Source of the DNA: Myxococcota bacterium
GTDB taxonomy: Bacteria; Myxococcota_A; UBA9160; SMWR01
Reading direction: 5' to 3'
Length of the DNA stretch: 43,844 nucleotides
Assembly: GCA_041579295.1 (NCBI GenBank)
Contig: JBFGGA010000003.1
Span: 1 to 43,844 of the forward strand
Within the stretch, counting starts at the first letter, position 1, and each line of letters opens with the position of its first letter. The notes beneath the pieces are model-generated. The model made no database searches, was not told where the DNA came from, and saw only the letters and a program-made list of their open reading frames with translations. Below are positions 16,750 to 30,872 of the stretch, in pieces. A program made the translations under genes and the position numbers.

Positions 16750-18489
16750 CTACTCGTCGGGCGTCCCGCGGTAGGCGTCGTAGAGATACTGCAGCATCAT
16801 GCGGTGCGTGTTGAAGAAGGACGCGTTCAGCGCGATGGCACCGCGCATCACCGCGCGGAAACCCTCCGTATCCCGGTAGAAGCACGGCAGCACGACCCGC
16901 TCGAGCGCATCGTAGAGCGCCCGCGCGTCCTCGGCATCCCGCTGGGGCTGCGGCACCTCGGTGCGCTCGACGTCGCGCCCGATCGCCCAGCCCGTCACGC
17001 CCTCCACGCAGCCCTCGACCCACCAGCCGTCCAGGATGCTCAGGCTGGGCACGCCGTTTAGCGCGGCCTTCATGCCGCTGGTTCCCGACGCCTCGAGCGG
17101 TGCGACGGGCGTATTGAGCCAGACGTCGCAACCCGCGCAGAGAATCCGGGCGAGCTCCATGTCGTAGTCCGCCAGGTAGACCACCGAGACGCGACCGCGC
17201 AGCCTGCGAGCGGCGCTGAAGATCTCGCGGATCACCGCCTTGCCGTCGTCGTCGCGGGGGTGCGCCTTGCCGGCGAACACGATCTGGAGAGGCCGCCCGC
17301 CAGCCGTCAGGCCCGCAAGTCGGTCGGGGTCGTGGAAGAACAACGCCGCCCGCTTGTAGGCGGTGGCGCGACGCGCGAACCCCAGCGTGAACGCCTCGGG
17401 CGACAGCCGCACGCCGCTGGCGCGATCCACGCGCTCGATCAGCACCCGCTTGGCGCGTTGGTGCGCGTCCCAGATCTCCCGGGTCGGGATCCCCACCGCA
17501 TAGCGGAGCGATTGGGGATCTTCACGCCACTGCTGGACGTGTCGGTCGAACAGCTCCTGGAAGGGCTCGACGGTCCACATGCCGGGGTGCACGCCGTTGG
17601 TGATGGAGCGGATCGGGTAGTCGGGGAACATCCCCTGAGAGACCTCGCCGTGGCGCATGGCAACGCCGTTCACGAAGCGCGAGGCCTCCAGCGCGAGCCC
17701 CGTCATGTTGAGATCGCGAGAGCCCGTGATCGCCTCGATGCGCTTCATCACCCGCTCGCCCAGCACCGCCGTTGCGAGCGCCGCGGGAAACTGATCGTGG
17801 CCGGCCGGAACGGGGGTGTGGGTGGTGAACACGCAGCGGTTTCGCACGGCCGCGATGGCGCGCTCGAACGCGGGCCCGCCATCGCTCGCGAGTACCCGCT
17901 CCATCTCCTCACGCACGAGCGGCAGCACGGCGAGCGCGGCGTGCCCCTCGTTGAGGTGAAAGCGCTCGATCTCGCCGTGGCCCAACGCCCGGAGCATGCG
18001 GACGCCCCCCATGCCGAGCACGGCCTCCTGCCGCAGTCGGTGCTCCGAGTCGCCACCGTAGAGCGCGTCGGTCAACGCGCGGTCGCGTTCGTCGTTGTCC
18101 GAGAGCTGCGTATCGAGCAGATAGACCGGGACGACGTGTCCGCGAACACCGCAGACCTCGTAGCGCCAGGCGCGGATCAGCACGTGGCGCTCCCCGATCC
18201 GCACGCTCACTTGCGGCGCAAGGGGATCGAGTCGGGACTCGGGCCGCCAGCGATCCGGCGCCTCGCCCTGCCGGCCGTCCGCGTCGATCGATTGCCGGAA
18301 GTAGCCGCTGCGGTGCGCCAGCGTCACCGCCACCATGCCCACGCCGAGGTCGGCGGCGGAGCGGATCGTATCTCCCGCGAGCACGCCGAGACCCCCCGCG
18401 TAGGTGGGGATCTCCGACTCGAGCGCGATCTCCATCGAGAAGTAGGCGACCCGGGGGCCGTCTGCGGTCAGGGTCCGTGATTCCCGCAC
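16750..18489 (-). CDS. glgP: Alpha-glucan (glycogen) phosphorylase, GT35
   Basis: VAYFSMEI, YAGGLGVLAGD, HLNEGH, FTTHTPVPAGHD, GFARRATAYKR, AGKAHP and the PLP-lysine motif EASGTSGMK. Start placed at GTG 18489, just after the synthase stop. Confidence 0.94.
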   Translation of the reverse strand: MRESRTLTADGPRVAYFSMEIALESEIPTYAGGLGVLAGDTIRSAADLGVGMVAVTLAHRSGYFRQSIDADGRQGEAPDRWRPESRLDPLAPQVSVRIGERHVLIRAWRYEVCGVRGHVVPVYLLDTQLSDNDERDRALTDALYGGDSEHRLRQEAVLGMGGVRMLRALGHGEIERFHLNEGHAALAVLPLVREEMERVLASDGGPAFERAIAAVRNRCVFTTHTPVPAGHDQFPAALATAVLGERVMKRIEAITGSRDLNMTGLALEASRFVNGVAMRHGEVSQGMFPDYPIRSITNGVHPGMWTVEPFQELFDRHVQQWREDPQSLRYAVGIPTREIWDAHQRAKRVLIERVDRASGVRLSPEAFTLGFARRATAYKRAALFFHDPDRLAGLTAGGRPLQIVFAGKAHPRDDDGKAVIREIFSAARRLRGRVSVVYLADYDMELARILCAGCDVWLNTPVAPLEASGTSGMKAALNGVPSLSILDGWWVEGCVEGVTGWAIGRDVERTEVPQPQRDAEDARALYDALERVVLPCFYRDTEGFRAVMRGAIALNASFFNTHRMMLQYLYDAYRGTPDE

Positions 18490-18500
18490 GATGCGATCGG

Positions 18501-20342
18501 CTACCCCGCGCCGAAGCCGGCGGCGCAGGCCCGGTCGTGGGCCGCGTGGTAGGCGCTCGCCAGCGCCGACCAGTCGAACATCTGCGATTTGACTTCCACC
18601 TTGTTGCGCAGCGCGACGCGGCCCTCCAGGTCGAGTCGACAGAAACCGAGCACCCGCTCGGTGAGATCGGCCGCCGCGTCGTGATAGCGCTGGTTGCGGC
18701 GCTTGAGCACCTGCAGGCCCCACGCGTCGTGATCCGGAAACACCTCCTCGACGTAGCACCCGAAGCCCGCGAGGTCGCTCGTGATGGCCGGCACCCCCAT
18801 CGCCAGGCACTCGAGCGGCGTATAACCCCAGGGCTCGTAGCAGCTCGGGAACACACCCAGGTGACAGCCGCGCACGAAGTGCTCGTAGTCCATGCCCCAG
18901 AGCGGATTCACGGAGCTGATGAAGTCGGGGTGGTAGACGATCTTCACCGGGTCGCTCGGCGCGTTCGAGAGCCCGAGGTGTTTCAGGTGGCTGAGGATCG
19001 GGTCGGAGCCCGGATCGCTCAGGACGTGCGTGCAGAGCAGCGGCAGCGAATTCGATCTGAATGCGTGCTGCAGTCGTCGATGGCGCAGCCGCCAGTACTC
19101 TTCGACGAGATCGTCGAGACTGGGGCGCCTGCCCGCGGCGCTCTCTCGGAACAACCGCTCCCCGATCTCGCTGCCGATTCGCTGGGCGAGCTCGTCGAGA
19201 TCGTCGAGCAGGCCGCGGGCGTAGAGCGTGGCGGGCTCGAGCGACCGCGTGGAGCGCGCCGTCACGATGAAGAACACCACCGTCAGGTCCGACTTCGCAT
19301 CGCGCAACTCCGCGTTGAGCCGGGCCATCGCCTCGAGACAGAGGTCGAAGCCCTTGTTGCGCGGCTCGAAGCGTCCCGCGTTGAAGAAATACAGCGTCTT
19401 GTCGAGGTCGAAGGAGTAGCTCGGGAAGAAGTGACCCATCACGAAACGGTGGATCTGGTCCTTGTAGTTCGCGTGGTTCGACTGGACTTCGTGCCCGACG
19501 TCGAAGCGCTCCAGATCGAGGCCGTTGGGCGTCACCACATCGGGCTCGCGGCCCAGCAGGCGAGCGCACTCCTCTCCGGTGATCGGCGATACGGTGGTGA
19601 AGACGTCGGCGCTCTTCGCCGCGGAGCGCTCGATCGCGTGCTGCGTCTCGATGCCGAAGCGCTCGGCTTCGCGATCTCCGTCGAGCTCGGCGAGGCGCGC
19701 GTAGAGGTCTTCACCGCCCGAGGCCACGTAGCGCCCGATCGAGGTCGCGTGCGTGGTGAACAGCGTCGCCACGGAAAGCCCCTCGGCCGCGAGCTGTGGC
19801 AGCGCGGCCGCGCCGAGCCATTCGTGAAAGTGGGCGATCAGACGCGCCGGATTTCGCCGCGCCGTCTCCACGAGCATTGCGCGCACCACCTCGCCGAATC
19901 CGATCACGCCGTCCACCAGCTCATTGCCGCGCGCGGGCGGGATGCCGTGGTCGCGCTGCAGCCGGTGCCGGAGCACCTCGAGCCGCTCGGGCGCGAGGCG
20001 GTGGTCGAGGAGCAACGCGCGCGGGCGCCCGTCCACCAGCCAGCGGCCGCAGATCGCTCGGACGCCCTCCTTTTCGAGCGCTTCGATCACGTTGGCGAGC
20101 CATCCTTCCGGCTCTTCGCACTCGAGTTCCACCGCCGCCATCTCGGGCAGCAGCGGGCCGACCAGGAGATAGGCGTCCTTCCAGCGCTGCTGCATCGCGC
20201 GGGCCTTCGAACGGAGCACCTGATAGATGCCGCCGACCTGGTTGCAGACCTCCCAGGAGACCTCGATCAAGATGCAGTCGTCGGGTCGGGGCGGAACGCC
20301 GCCCTGAGTGGGCATCGCGGGGAGTCTAGAGGGATGGGCCAC
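18501..20342 (-). CDS. Glycogen synthase, GT3 (yeast/animal-type) family
   Basis: EVSWEVCNQVGGIY, AHFHEWL, FTTHAT, FDLDKTLYFFNAGRFEPRNKG and FVRGCHLGVFPSCYEPWGYTPLEC match the eukaryotic GYS/Gsy pattern rather than bacterial GlgA (GT5, KTGGL). Confidence 0.92.
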   Translation of the reverse strand: MAHPSRLPAMPTQGGVPPRPDDCILIEVSWEVCNQVGGIYQVLRSKARAMQQRWKDAYLLVGPLLPEMAAVELECEEPEGWLANVIEALEKEGVRAICGRWLVDGRPRALLLDHRLAPERLEVLRHRLQRDHGIPPARGNELVDGVIGFGEVVRAMLVETARRNPARLIAHFHEWLGAAALPQLAAEGLSVATLFTTHATSIGRYVASGGEDLYARLAELDGDREAERFGIETQHAIERSAAKSADVFTTVSPITGEECARLLGREPDVVTPNGLDLERFDVGHEVQSNHANYKDQIHRFVMGHFFPSYSFDLDKTLYFFNAGRFEPRNKGFDLCLEAMARLNAELRDAKSDLTVVFFIVTARSTRSLEPATLYARGLLDDLDELAQRIGSEIGERLFRESAAGRRPSLDDLVEEYWRLRHRRLQHAFRSNSLPLLCTHVLSDPGSDPILSHLKHLGLSNAPSDPVKIVYHPDFISSVNPLWGMDYEHFVRGCHLGVFPSCYEPWGYTPLECLAMGVPAITSDLAGFGCYVEEVFPDHDAWGLQVLKRRNQRYHDAAADLTERVLGFCRLDLEGRVALRNKVEVKSQMFDWSALASAYHAAHDRACAAGFGAG

Positions 20343-22243
20343 GTTTCACCAAGTGCTGCCGGCCGGAGAGGCGGCGGTCGGCGGGCACGACGGCGAGCAT
20401 GCGCCGCGCGCGCGAATCGTCGAAGAGCTTCTCCACGGGTTTGCGCATGCGCCGCACCCAGCTCGGGTGGCGATCGGACGCGACTCCCGGAAGGTTGAGC
20501 GGCTCCACCTCTCCCCCGAGGTCGTCGAGCGAGAGGCCGACGAGCCGACAAGGCGTCGCGCAGAGGAACGCGGTCACCCCTGCGGCGAGCGGCTCGGAAT
20601 CCGACGGCGACGCGGCGCCGAGCAGCCCATCGCCCCGTAGACGGGCGTGCAACGCCTGCTGCTCGGCGCGGCGCTCGGCGCGCGCGGCCGCGAGCGCTTC
20701 ATCGTCGGGGAGCTGGCCGACTCGCCGGCGCAGCACGAGATCCGCGTCGCCCGCGAGCGCGGCGAGCGGCGAGAGGTCGTGGGTGTTCGCGGTGACGAGG
20801 CAGCCCTGGGGATAGCGGCTCGCGGGTCGAAATCCGCGCGCGTCGCGCTCGAAGAGCAGCACCCGCGAGCAGAGCACGCCCCAGCGCTGGATCTCATCGG
20901 AGAAGCCCTCGGGCGCCGTACCGAGGTCTTCGGCGATCACGAGCGCCGCGTGGCGCCGGCTCGCCCGCGCCAGCGCGCCGAGCATCGGCGCCTCGGGGTA
21001 GCGCACGTAGGCGCCCTCCGCAGCCGACGCACCTTCGGGTATCCAGAACAGGCGCCGCAAGCCAAACGCGTGATCCAGCCGCAGCGCGCCGGCGTGCGCG
21101 AGGTTCGCGTCGAGCAGCTGCTCGAAGAACGCGCATCCGTCCGCGCGCAACGCGTGGGGGTCGAGGGGTGGGAAGCGCCAATCCTGACCGAGGGGCGCGA
21201 AGCGATCCGGTGGCGCACCCACGCTGACGCCGCGAACGAAGCGCTCGGGCCGACTCCAGGTGTCGCTCCCCGCCCAGACGCTGCCGAGCGCCAGGTCCGT
21301 GTAGAGGCCGATGCCGAGGCCGGCGCGCCGACCCTCCGCAGACACCGCTTCGAGCTGGCGATCGAGCTCGAACTGTGCCCAGGCGTGGAGCTCGACCTTC
21401 CCGGCGCGCTGCTCGCGAAACGCCCGCACCGCGTCCGAGCGGGCATCCCTCAATCCAGCCGGCCAGGCGCGCCAATCGCGACCTTCGCCCGCGCGCTCCC
21501 GCTCGTCTGCGAGCACCGCGAACGTCGCAAAGTCTTCGAGCGCCTGGCCTCGCGCGGCGCGGTATTGCGCATACGCGCGGCGACGGGCATCCGCGATCGT
21601 TCCGCGTTCGTTGCGAAAGGACTCGTGGAGCGCGGCGAGCACCTCGAAGAGCGCCGCCTCGCATTCCTCGGGCTCCAGGTGCGCCGCTGCGCGAAGCCGC
21701 GCCACGCGTTGCTCGAGCGGCGGCGCGCCCGCGCGCAGCCGCTCGCGTCCGCACGCCTCCCACTCCGGGATGCGCTCGGGATCGAGGAACAGCGAGTCTC
21801 GAAACAGCCGACTCACGGGTGCGTAGGGGCAGAAGCGCCCGCGGCGATGGGTGGTGGCGTGCAGCGGACCGGTGCCCACGAACGCCGCACCTTCGCGGCC
21901 CGCGCGCCGCGCGATCTCGGCGAGGTCGCCGAGATGCCCAAACCCCCAGTTGCGCGCGGAGCGCACCGAGTAGAGCTGGGTCCAGACCCCAAAGGCCCGC
22001 CGCTCGCCGAGCCGCTCCTCGGCCGTCACGCAGCGCTCGCGCCGCGTCGCGGCCTCGTCCGGAGCGGGGCCGAGGCGGGCCAGCGCGCGCTGCGCGGCGG
22101 CCTCGGTCGAGGCCTCCCAACCCATCGCGGTACACAGCGCCTCGCGCGTGTCGTCGCGAACGGGAACGAAGGCCGCGTCGAGCGCCGAGTAATGGCCGTC
22201 CTCGACGCCGAGCCGGCGCGCGAGCGCGCGCAGCTGCGGGCGC

Positions 22244-22254
<11 letters not shown>
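20326..22254 (-). CDS. malQ: 4-alpha-glucanotransferase (amylomaltase, GH77)
   Basis: QLYSVRS.RNWGFG, PYAPVSRLF, LYTDLALG, GAPPD.F..GQDW, and catalytic LRLDH, AEDLG and THD motifs. Confidence 0.93.
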
Positions 22255-26562
<4,308 letters not shown>

Positions 26563-26772
26563 CGCGCCTCACGGTAGTGAATCGCGGTCGACCCCGAGAG
26601 GGGGCGCTCGCGTGCGCGCGCCGCGAAGCCGGTTGCGCCGAGCGAGACCCGTGGGCTCCATCCGAAGGCTCGGCGGCGCGCTCGGATCGGACGCGGATGG
26701 AACGGACGGAAGGGACATCGATCGGATGACCAGCCTTCCGCGCTGACGCGGCAAGCGGCGCCGGAAGCCGCG

Positions 26773-27393
26773 TCAGCGAGGTCGCGCGACGACCCCGCTT
26801 GGCGAAACCCCAGCGGGGTCGAGGCGCCGCCAGCTCGCGTGCTCGATCCTTGGCCCGGGGTCGGATGCGCGCGGGCCGGCGCGGAGCTCGCGAGCGGAAC
26901 CGGTGAATTCGCCGAGCAGCGCGCGGATCACACCCAGGTGCGTGACGAGCGCGAGCCGCCGGCCCGGGTGGGCGTCGACGATCTCGCCAACCGCCGAGCG
27001 CGCGCGCCGATCGAGCTCGCGCAGGTTCTCGCCGCCCCCGGGCCGCACCTCGGGATCGCCGGCCTCGAAGCGCCGCAGCGCGTCGCCCGCGCCGCGCTCG
27101 ATCTGCTCGCGCGTGAGCCCCTCCCAGTCGCCGAGGTCGAGCTCGCGCAGTCGCGGATTCAACTCCGCCTCGAGACCCCGCGCCGCCGCGAGGATCGCCG
27201 CGGTCTGCGCCGCGCGCCGCAGATCGCTCGAGACGAGCACGTCGATGGGCTCGCGAGCGATCTCTCGAGCCAGCGCGCTCGCCTGCGCGCGCCCCCGGGC
27301 GGTGAGCGGCGGATCCGCGTGCCCCTGCCAGCGCCCCGAGGCGTTCCAGCTCGACTCCGCGTGGCGGATCAGCAGCAGCGACGCCTCGCTCAC
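26773..27393 (-). CDS. Histidine phosphatase (phosphoglycerate mutase family)
   Basis: LLLIRHAESSWN..GRWQG, SSDLRRA.QTA, LRELDLGDWEG and LVTHLGVIR. GTG start overlaps the nrsF stop. Confidence 0.9.
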   Translation of the reverse strand: MSEASLLLIRHAESSWNASGRWQGHADPPLTARGRAQASALAREIAREPIDVLVSSDLRRAAQTAAILAAARGLEAELNPRLRELDLGDWEGLTREQIERGAGDALRRFEAGDPEVRPGGGENLRELDRRARSAVGEIVDAHPGRRLALVTHLGVIRALLGEFTGSARELRAGPRASDPGPRIEHASWRRLDPAGVSPSGVVARPR

Positions 27394-28064
27394 GTCTCGA
27401 ACGCGGGCGGTGACCAGCGGTGCACGAGCGCCGCGAGCGGCCATGCGAACGCGAGCGCCGCGACGACCGGGGTCGCGCAGTGGCCGATCAGCAGGTGGAA
27501 GCCGCCCGCGACGCTGCAGCTGGCGTGCACCGCCAGCGCGCCGAGGCCCGCGGCGCCCGCCGCCGCGAACGCCGCGTCGAGCCAGCGGCGCTGCGGCGCG
27601 CCGCGCGCGCGGTAGAAGCAGATCGCGAGCGCGGCCGGGATCGCGAGCACGAGCGCGTGCAGCAGGCAGTTCGCGCTGCCCGCCAGCAGCTGCGCGGCGG
27701 GCTCGCCCGCGGCGGCGGCCCACAGCCCCCAGCCGATGCACCAGGAGACGCCCAGCCCCGCGCCGATCCGGCCCGCGCGCGCGAGCGGCTCCCGCCCCGG
27801 AACCGCGCTGGCGAGGGCACCGACGACCGCGCCCAGCGCGGCGACCGCGAGCCCGAGCAGGACGGCGACGGCGATCGCATCCGACCAGAACGCAGCCTCG
27901 TCGAGGCGCGGCCACTCCCCCGTGATCCAACCCGTCGCGGCCACCGCGGCGACCGAGAGCGCGACGACGGCCGACGCGGCCACGCTCACCCGGGCGATCG
28001 GCGCGACGGGCGAGAGGTCTCCGACCAGCCGCTCGACGAGCTCTTCGGTCGGGCGTCGCTTCAT
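27390..28064 (-). CDS. nrsF: NrsF-like (DUF1109) membrane anti-sigma factor
   Basis: TEELVERLVGDLSPV start, about six hydrophobic segments, and conserved-looking C...RGAP...HASC...H. ATG overlaps the ECF sigma stop (ATGA). Confidence 0.8.
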   Translation of the reverse strand: MKRRPTEELVERLVGDLSPVAPIARVSVAASAVVALSVAAVAATGWITGEWPRLDEAAFWSDAIAVAVLLGLAVAALGAVVGALASAVPGREPLARAGRIGAGLGVSWCIGWGLWAAAAGEPAAQLLAGSANCLLHALVLAIPAALAICFYRARGAPQRRWLDAAFAAAGAAGLGALAVHASCSVAGGFHLLIGHCATPVVAALAFAWPLAALVHRWSPPAFET

Positions 28065-28633
28065 CCGTTGCTCTCCTCGAAGCGCAGCGCTTCGATGTGC
28101 GCGCGCATCGCGCGGTAGCCGCGGTGCGCGCGCACCTTGAGGGCGGCCTTCGTGGCACCCACCCGCTCCGCGGCCTCGGCGATCGAGTAGCCGTGGACGT
28201 GAATCAGCTCGACGGCCTGCCGCTGCGCGTCGGGCAGCGCGCTGAGCGCGCCCTCGAGCTCGGGCGAGAGGCGCGGACCGCTCGGCTCCTCGGGGCCGCT
28301 GGAAGGCTCCGGCACCCCGTCGGCTTCGAGCGAGACTTCGCGGCGCGATCGCCGCGCGTGCTGGCGGGTCTGGTCGATGACCGCGTTGCGCGCGATCGCG
28401 TGCAACCACGGCGTGAAGCGGCGCTCCGCGCGGTAGCTTGCGCGCGCGCGGTGAATCGAGATGAGGATGTTCTGCACCACGTCCTCCGCTGCCGCGGCGT
28501 TGAGCAGCCGACGCCTCACGAAGCGCCTCAGGTAGGGGATCAACTCGGAGAGCAGCTTCTCGTAGGCCGGCGACTCGCCCGCCTGCGCGGCGATCATCCA
28601 GTCGCGCCAGCGGGCCTCGCGTTCGTCGCCCAT
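28061..28633 (-). CDS. ECF RNA polymerase sigma factor (ECF16 / Caulobacter SigF-like)
   Basis: WMIAAQAGESPAYEKLL, AEDVVQNILISIH.ARASY...FTPWLHAIARN, region 4 LPDAQRQAV...LKVRAHRG. AAGGAG RBS; paired with nrsF. Confidence 0.9.
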   Translation of the reverse strand: MGDEREARWRDWMIAAQAGESPAYEKLLSELIPYLRRFVRRRLLNAAAAEDVVQNILISIHRARASYRAERRFTPWLHAIARNAVIDQTRQHARRSRREVSLEADGVPEPSSGPEEPSGPRLSPELEGALSALPDAQRQAVELIHVHGYSIAEAAERVGATKAALKVRAHRGYRAMRAHIEALRFEESNG

Positions 28634-28648
28634 CGACCGCTCCTTTCC

Positions 28649-28674
28649 TACGACGCGGCGCGCGCTTCGGTTAC
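28649..28674 (-). promoter_or_regulatory. Putative autoregulatory ECF16 promoter GTAACC-N16-CGTA
   Basis: Minus strand reads GTAACC gaagcgcgcgccgcgt CGTA, 15 nt before the sigma ATG. This is close to the SigF-type consensus GTAACC-N16-CGAA. Confidence 0.7.
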
Positions 28675-29029
28675 CGACACCGCGCCGGGCCGCACGGGCC
28701 CGTCGACCGCCTGACACACTTCGCGGGCGACGCCTGCGGCTCGTCGTCGGCGCGTGCACACGAGGGTCGGCGGGCGCGCTCGAAGCGAGCGGCCCGCCGC
28801 CGCGTCGGCGGCCGAGCGAAGGGTAACCCACGCGCGATGTCGGCTACGCGGCGCGGAAGCGGCCCGGCCGAGCAGCCGGCCGCCTCGGCCGGGCGTGCGG
28901 CAACGCGCGCGCAACTGGGGCAAATTCGAGCGGAAAACCCGGATCGCGCCGACACCTGTCGCGCGCCGCTGCCACTCAATAGAAAGGCGCCCGCTGCAGC
29001 GAAGGCGGCGACCCCCAGGGGCAGAGTCC

Positions 29030-29320
29030 GTGCGTCGAAAGCTTTTCAATCACCTCTTCGTCGAGCTCTCGGTCTCGATCGGCAAGCGCGTTCCGCGCTA
29101 CGCGCTCTGGCTCGAGCTGCACGACCTCGGATGGAATCCCGAAGCGCTGCGCGTGAGCGAGGCGCTCGCGTTCTGCGACGGACCGATGGAGACCTTCCTC
29201 AGCGAGCGCGGCTTGAAGATCAGCCCGCGCGCGCGCAAGCGGCTGCGCAAGGAGCTCGCGAGATTCGACCCCACCCGCCCGCACCCGCAAGAGATCTTCG
29301 AGCGGATCTGCGGCTCCTAG
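29030..29320 (+). CDS. Hypothetical protein (96 aa)
   Basis: From GTG 29030 the frame reads a natural-looking helical protein (LFNHLFVELSVSIGKRVPRYALWLELHDLGWNPE...) with the window's codon bias. Confidence 0.7.
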   Translation: MRRKLFNHLFVELSVSIGKRVPRYALWLELHDLGWNPEALRVSEALAFCDGPMETFLSERGLKISPRARKRLRKELARFDPTRPHPQEIFERICGS

Positions 29321-29467
29321 AAGTGCGATTCCAGAATGGGATCGCGCGACGACGCAATCGAATCAGCGAGATTCGCCGGCTAGCCGGCGGCGCTCGCCGC
29401 CGACCCGGCGCTTCCATGCTCGAGCGCGGGCGCGAGCGTCCGGGCGCTGCGGAGCGCTGCGGCGACG

Positions 29468-30103
29468 TCAGTCCGACGAGGCCAGACCGAGCTGGACGCG
29501 GATCGCGCCGCTCAACGCGCCGAACGCCGATGCGCGATGCGAGATGCGATTCTTTTCCGCCTCGGGGAGCTCCGCCATCGCGCGCCCGACCCCGTCGACG
29601 AGAAAGACCGGGTCGTAGCCGAAGCCGGAGCGGCCGCGCGGCGCGTCGAGGATGCGCCCCGCGCACTCGCCGCGGGCCGTCACGATGTCGCCCGCCGGGG
29701 TGGCGAGCGCGGCGACGCAGACGAAGCGGGCCCGGCGCTGCTCGCCCGAGCAGTTCGCGAGCGCGGCGAGCAGCGCCTGCACGCGTCCGGCGTCGTCGAG
29801 GCCGGGGCCGCCGAAGCGCGCCGAGAACGGCCCCGGCCCGCCGCCGAGCCCCGACACCTCCAGACCCGAATCGTCGGCGAGCGCGGCCCGATCCGCGCGC
29901 TGCGCGGCGGCCCGGGCCTTGGCGATCGCGTTCTCCTCGTAGCACGCCCCCTCCTCGGGCAGCACGACGCCGGGAAAATCGGAGAGCGGGCGGATCGCGA
30001 GCGGCAGATCGCGCAGGATCGCGCGGATCTCGCCGAGCTTGCCCGGGTTCGAGGTCGCGAGCACGGCCTCGGGGCCCTGCGCGGGGCGAGCGCAGGCCGT
30101 CAC
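29468..30103 (-). CDS. rdgB: Non-canonical purine NTP pyrophosphatase (RdgB/HAM1)
   Basis: LATSNPGK, ENAIAKA, ADDSGL, GFGYDPVF and KNRISHR. GTG overlaps the rph stop. Confidence 0.95.
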   Translation of the reverse strand: MTACARPAQGPEAVLATSNPGKLGEIRAILRDLPLAIRPLSDFPGVVLPEEGACYEENAIAKARAAAQRADRAALADDSGLEVSGLGGGPGPFSARFGGPGLDDAGRVQALLAALANCSGEQRRARFVCVAALATPAGDIVTARGECAGRILDAPRGRSGFGYDPVFLVDGVGRAMAELPEAEKNRISHRASAFGALSGAIRVQLGLASSD

Positions 30104-30831
30104 TGCGTGCGCCTGGCCTCGGCGATCGCGCGCTGCTGGAGCCGGCCGAGGTCGGCGATGCCGCGCAGCCCGAGCGCGGTCAGCTGGTTGAGATCTTCGA
30201 GCGAGAACGTGCCCTCCTCGCCGGTGCCCTGGACCTCGACGAAGCGCCCCGCGCCCGTCGCGACGAGGTTCATGTCGACCTCCGCTCGCGCGTCCTCCTC
30301 GTAGGCGAGGTCGAGCATCACCGCTCCGCCGATCACGCCGACCGAGACGGCCGCGACCGAATCGCGCAGCGGATTGCGCTCGAGCGCGCCGCGGGCCGAG
30401 AGCCGCTCGACCGCGAGCGCGAGCGCCACGTAGGCGCCCGTGATCGACGCGCAGCGCGTGCCGCCGTCTGCCTGGAGCACGTCGCAGTCGACCCAGAGCG
30501 TTCGCTCGCCGAGCGCGCTCAGGTCCGACACGGCGCGCAGGCTCCGGCCGATCAGGCGCTGGATCTCGAGCGTGCGGCCCGAGGGCCGCCCGCGCGCGGC
30601 CTCGCGCTCGGCGCGTTGATCGGTCGCGCCGGGGAGCAGCGAGTACTCGGCGGTGAGCCAGCCGCGCCCGGTTCCGCGCAGGAAGCGCGGCACCGAATCC
30701 TCTTCGCTCACCGTGCAGAGCACCAGCGTGCGCCCCACCTCGCAGAGCACCGAGGCCAGCGGGTTGTCGGTGAAATCGGGAACGAGGCGCACGGGGCGCA
30801 GATCGGTCGGCGACCGCCCGTCGATTCTCAA
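30100..30831 (-). CDS. rph: Ribonuclease PH
   Basis: RIDGR..TDLRPV, GWLTAEYSLLP, EIQRLIGRSLR, DCDVLQADGGTRCASITG and EVQGTGE. TTG 30831 follows GGAGG. Confidence 0.96.
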   Translation of the reverse strand: MRIDGRSPTDLRPVRLVPDFTDNPLASVLCEVGRTLVLCTVSEEDSVPRFLRGTGRGWLTAEYSLLPGATDQRAEREAARGRPSGRTLEIQRLIGRSLRAVSDLSALGERTLWVDCDVLQADGGTRCASITGAYVALALAVERLSARGALERNPLRDSVAAVSVGVIGGAVMLDLAYEEDARAEVDMNLVATGAGRFVEVQGTGEEGTFSLEDLNQLTALGLRGIADLGRLQQRAIAEARRTQ

Positions 30832-30872
30832 GGCTTCCTCCGCAGGTCGGGCGTCGCGCGGCCCCGCGCGGT

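Noticed and set aside
28823-28848. Second GTAACC on the plus strand as an ECF16 promoter for the 96-aa gene
   Set aside because: The sequence after the 16-nt spacer is TACG, not CG(A/T)A.
29321-29467. tRNA genes that often follow rph-rdgB
   Set aside because: No cloverleaf or T-arm (GTTCRA) with an acceptor stem was found, only a short palindrome (cgccggctagccggcg).
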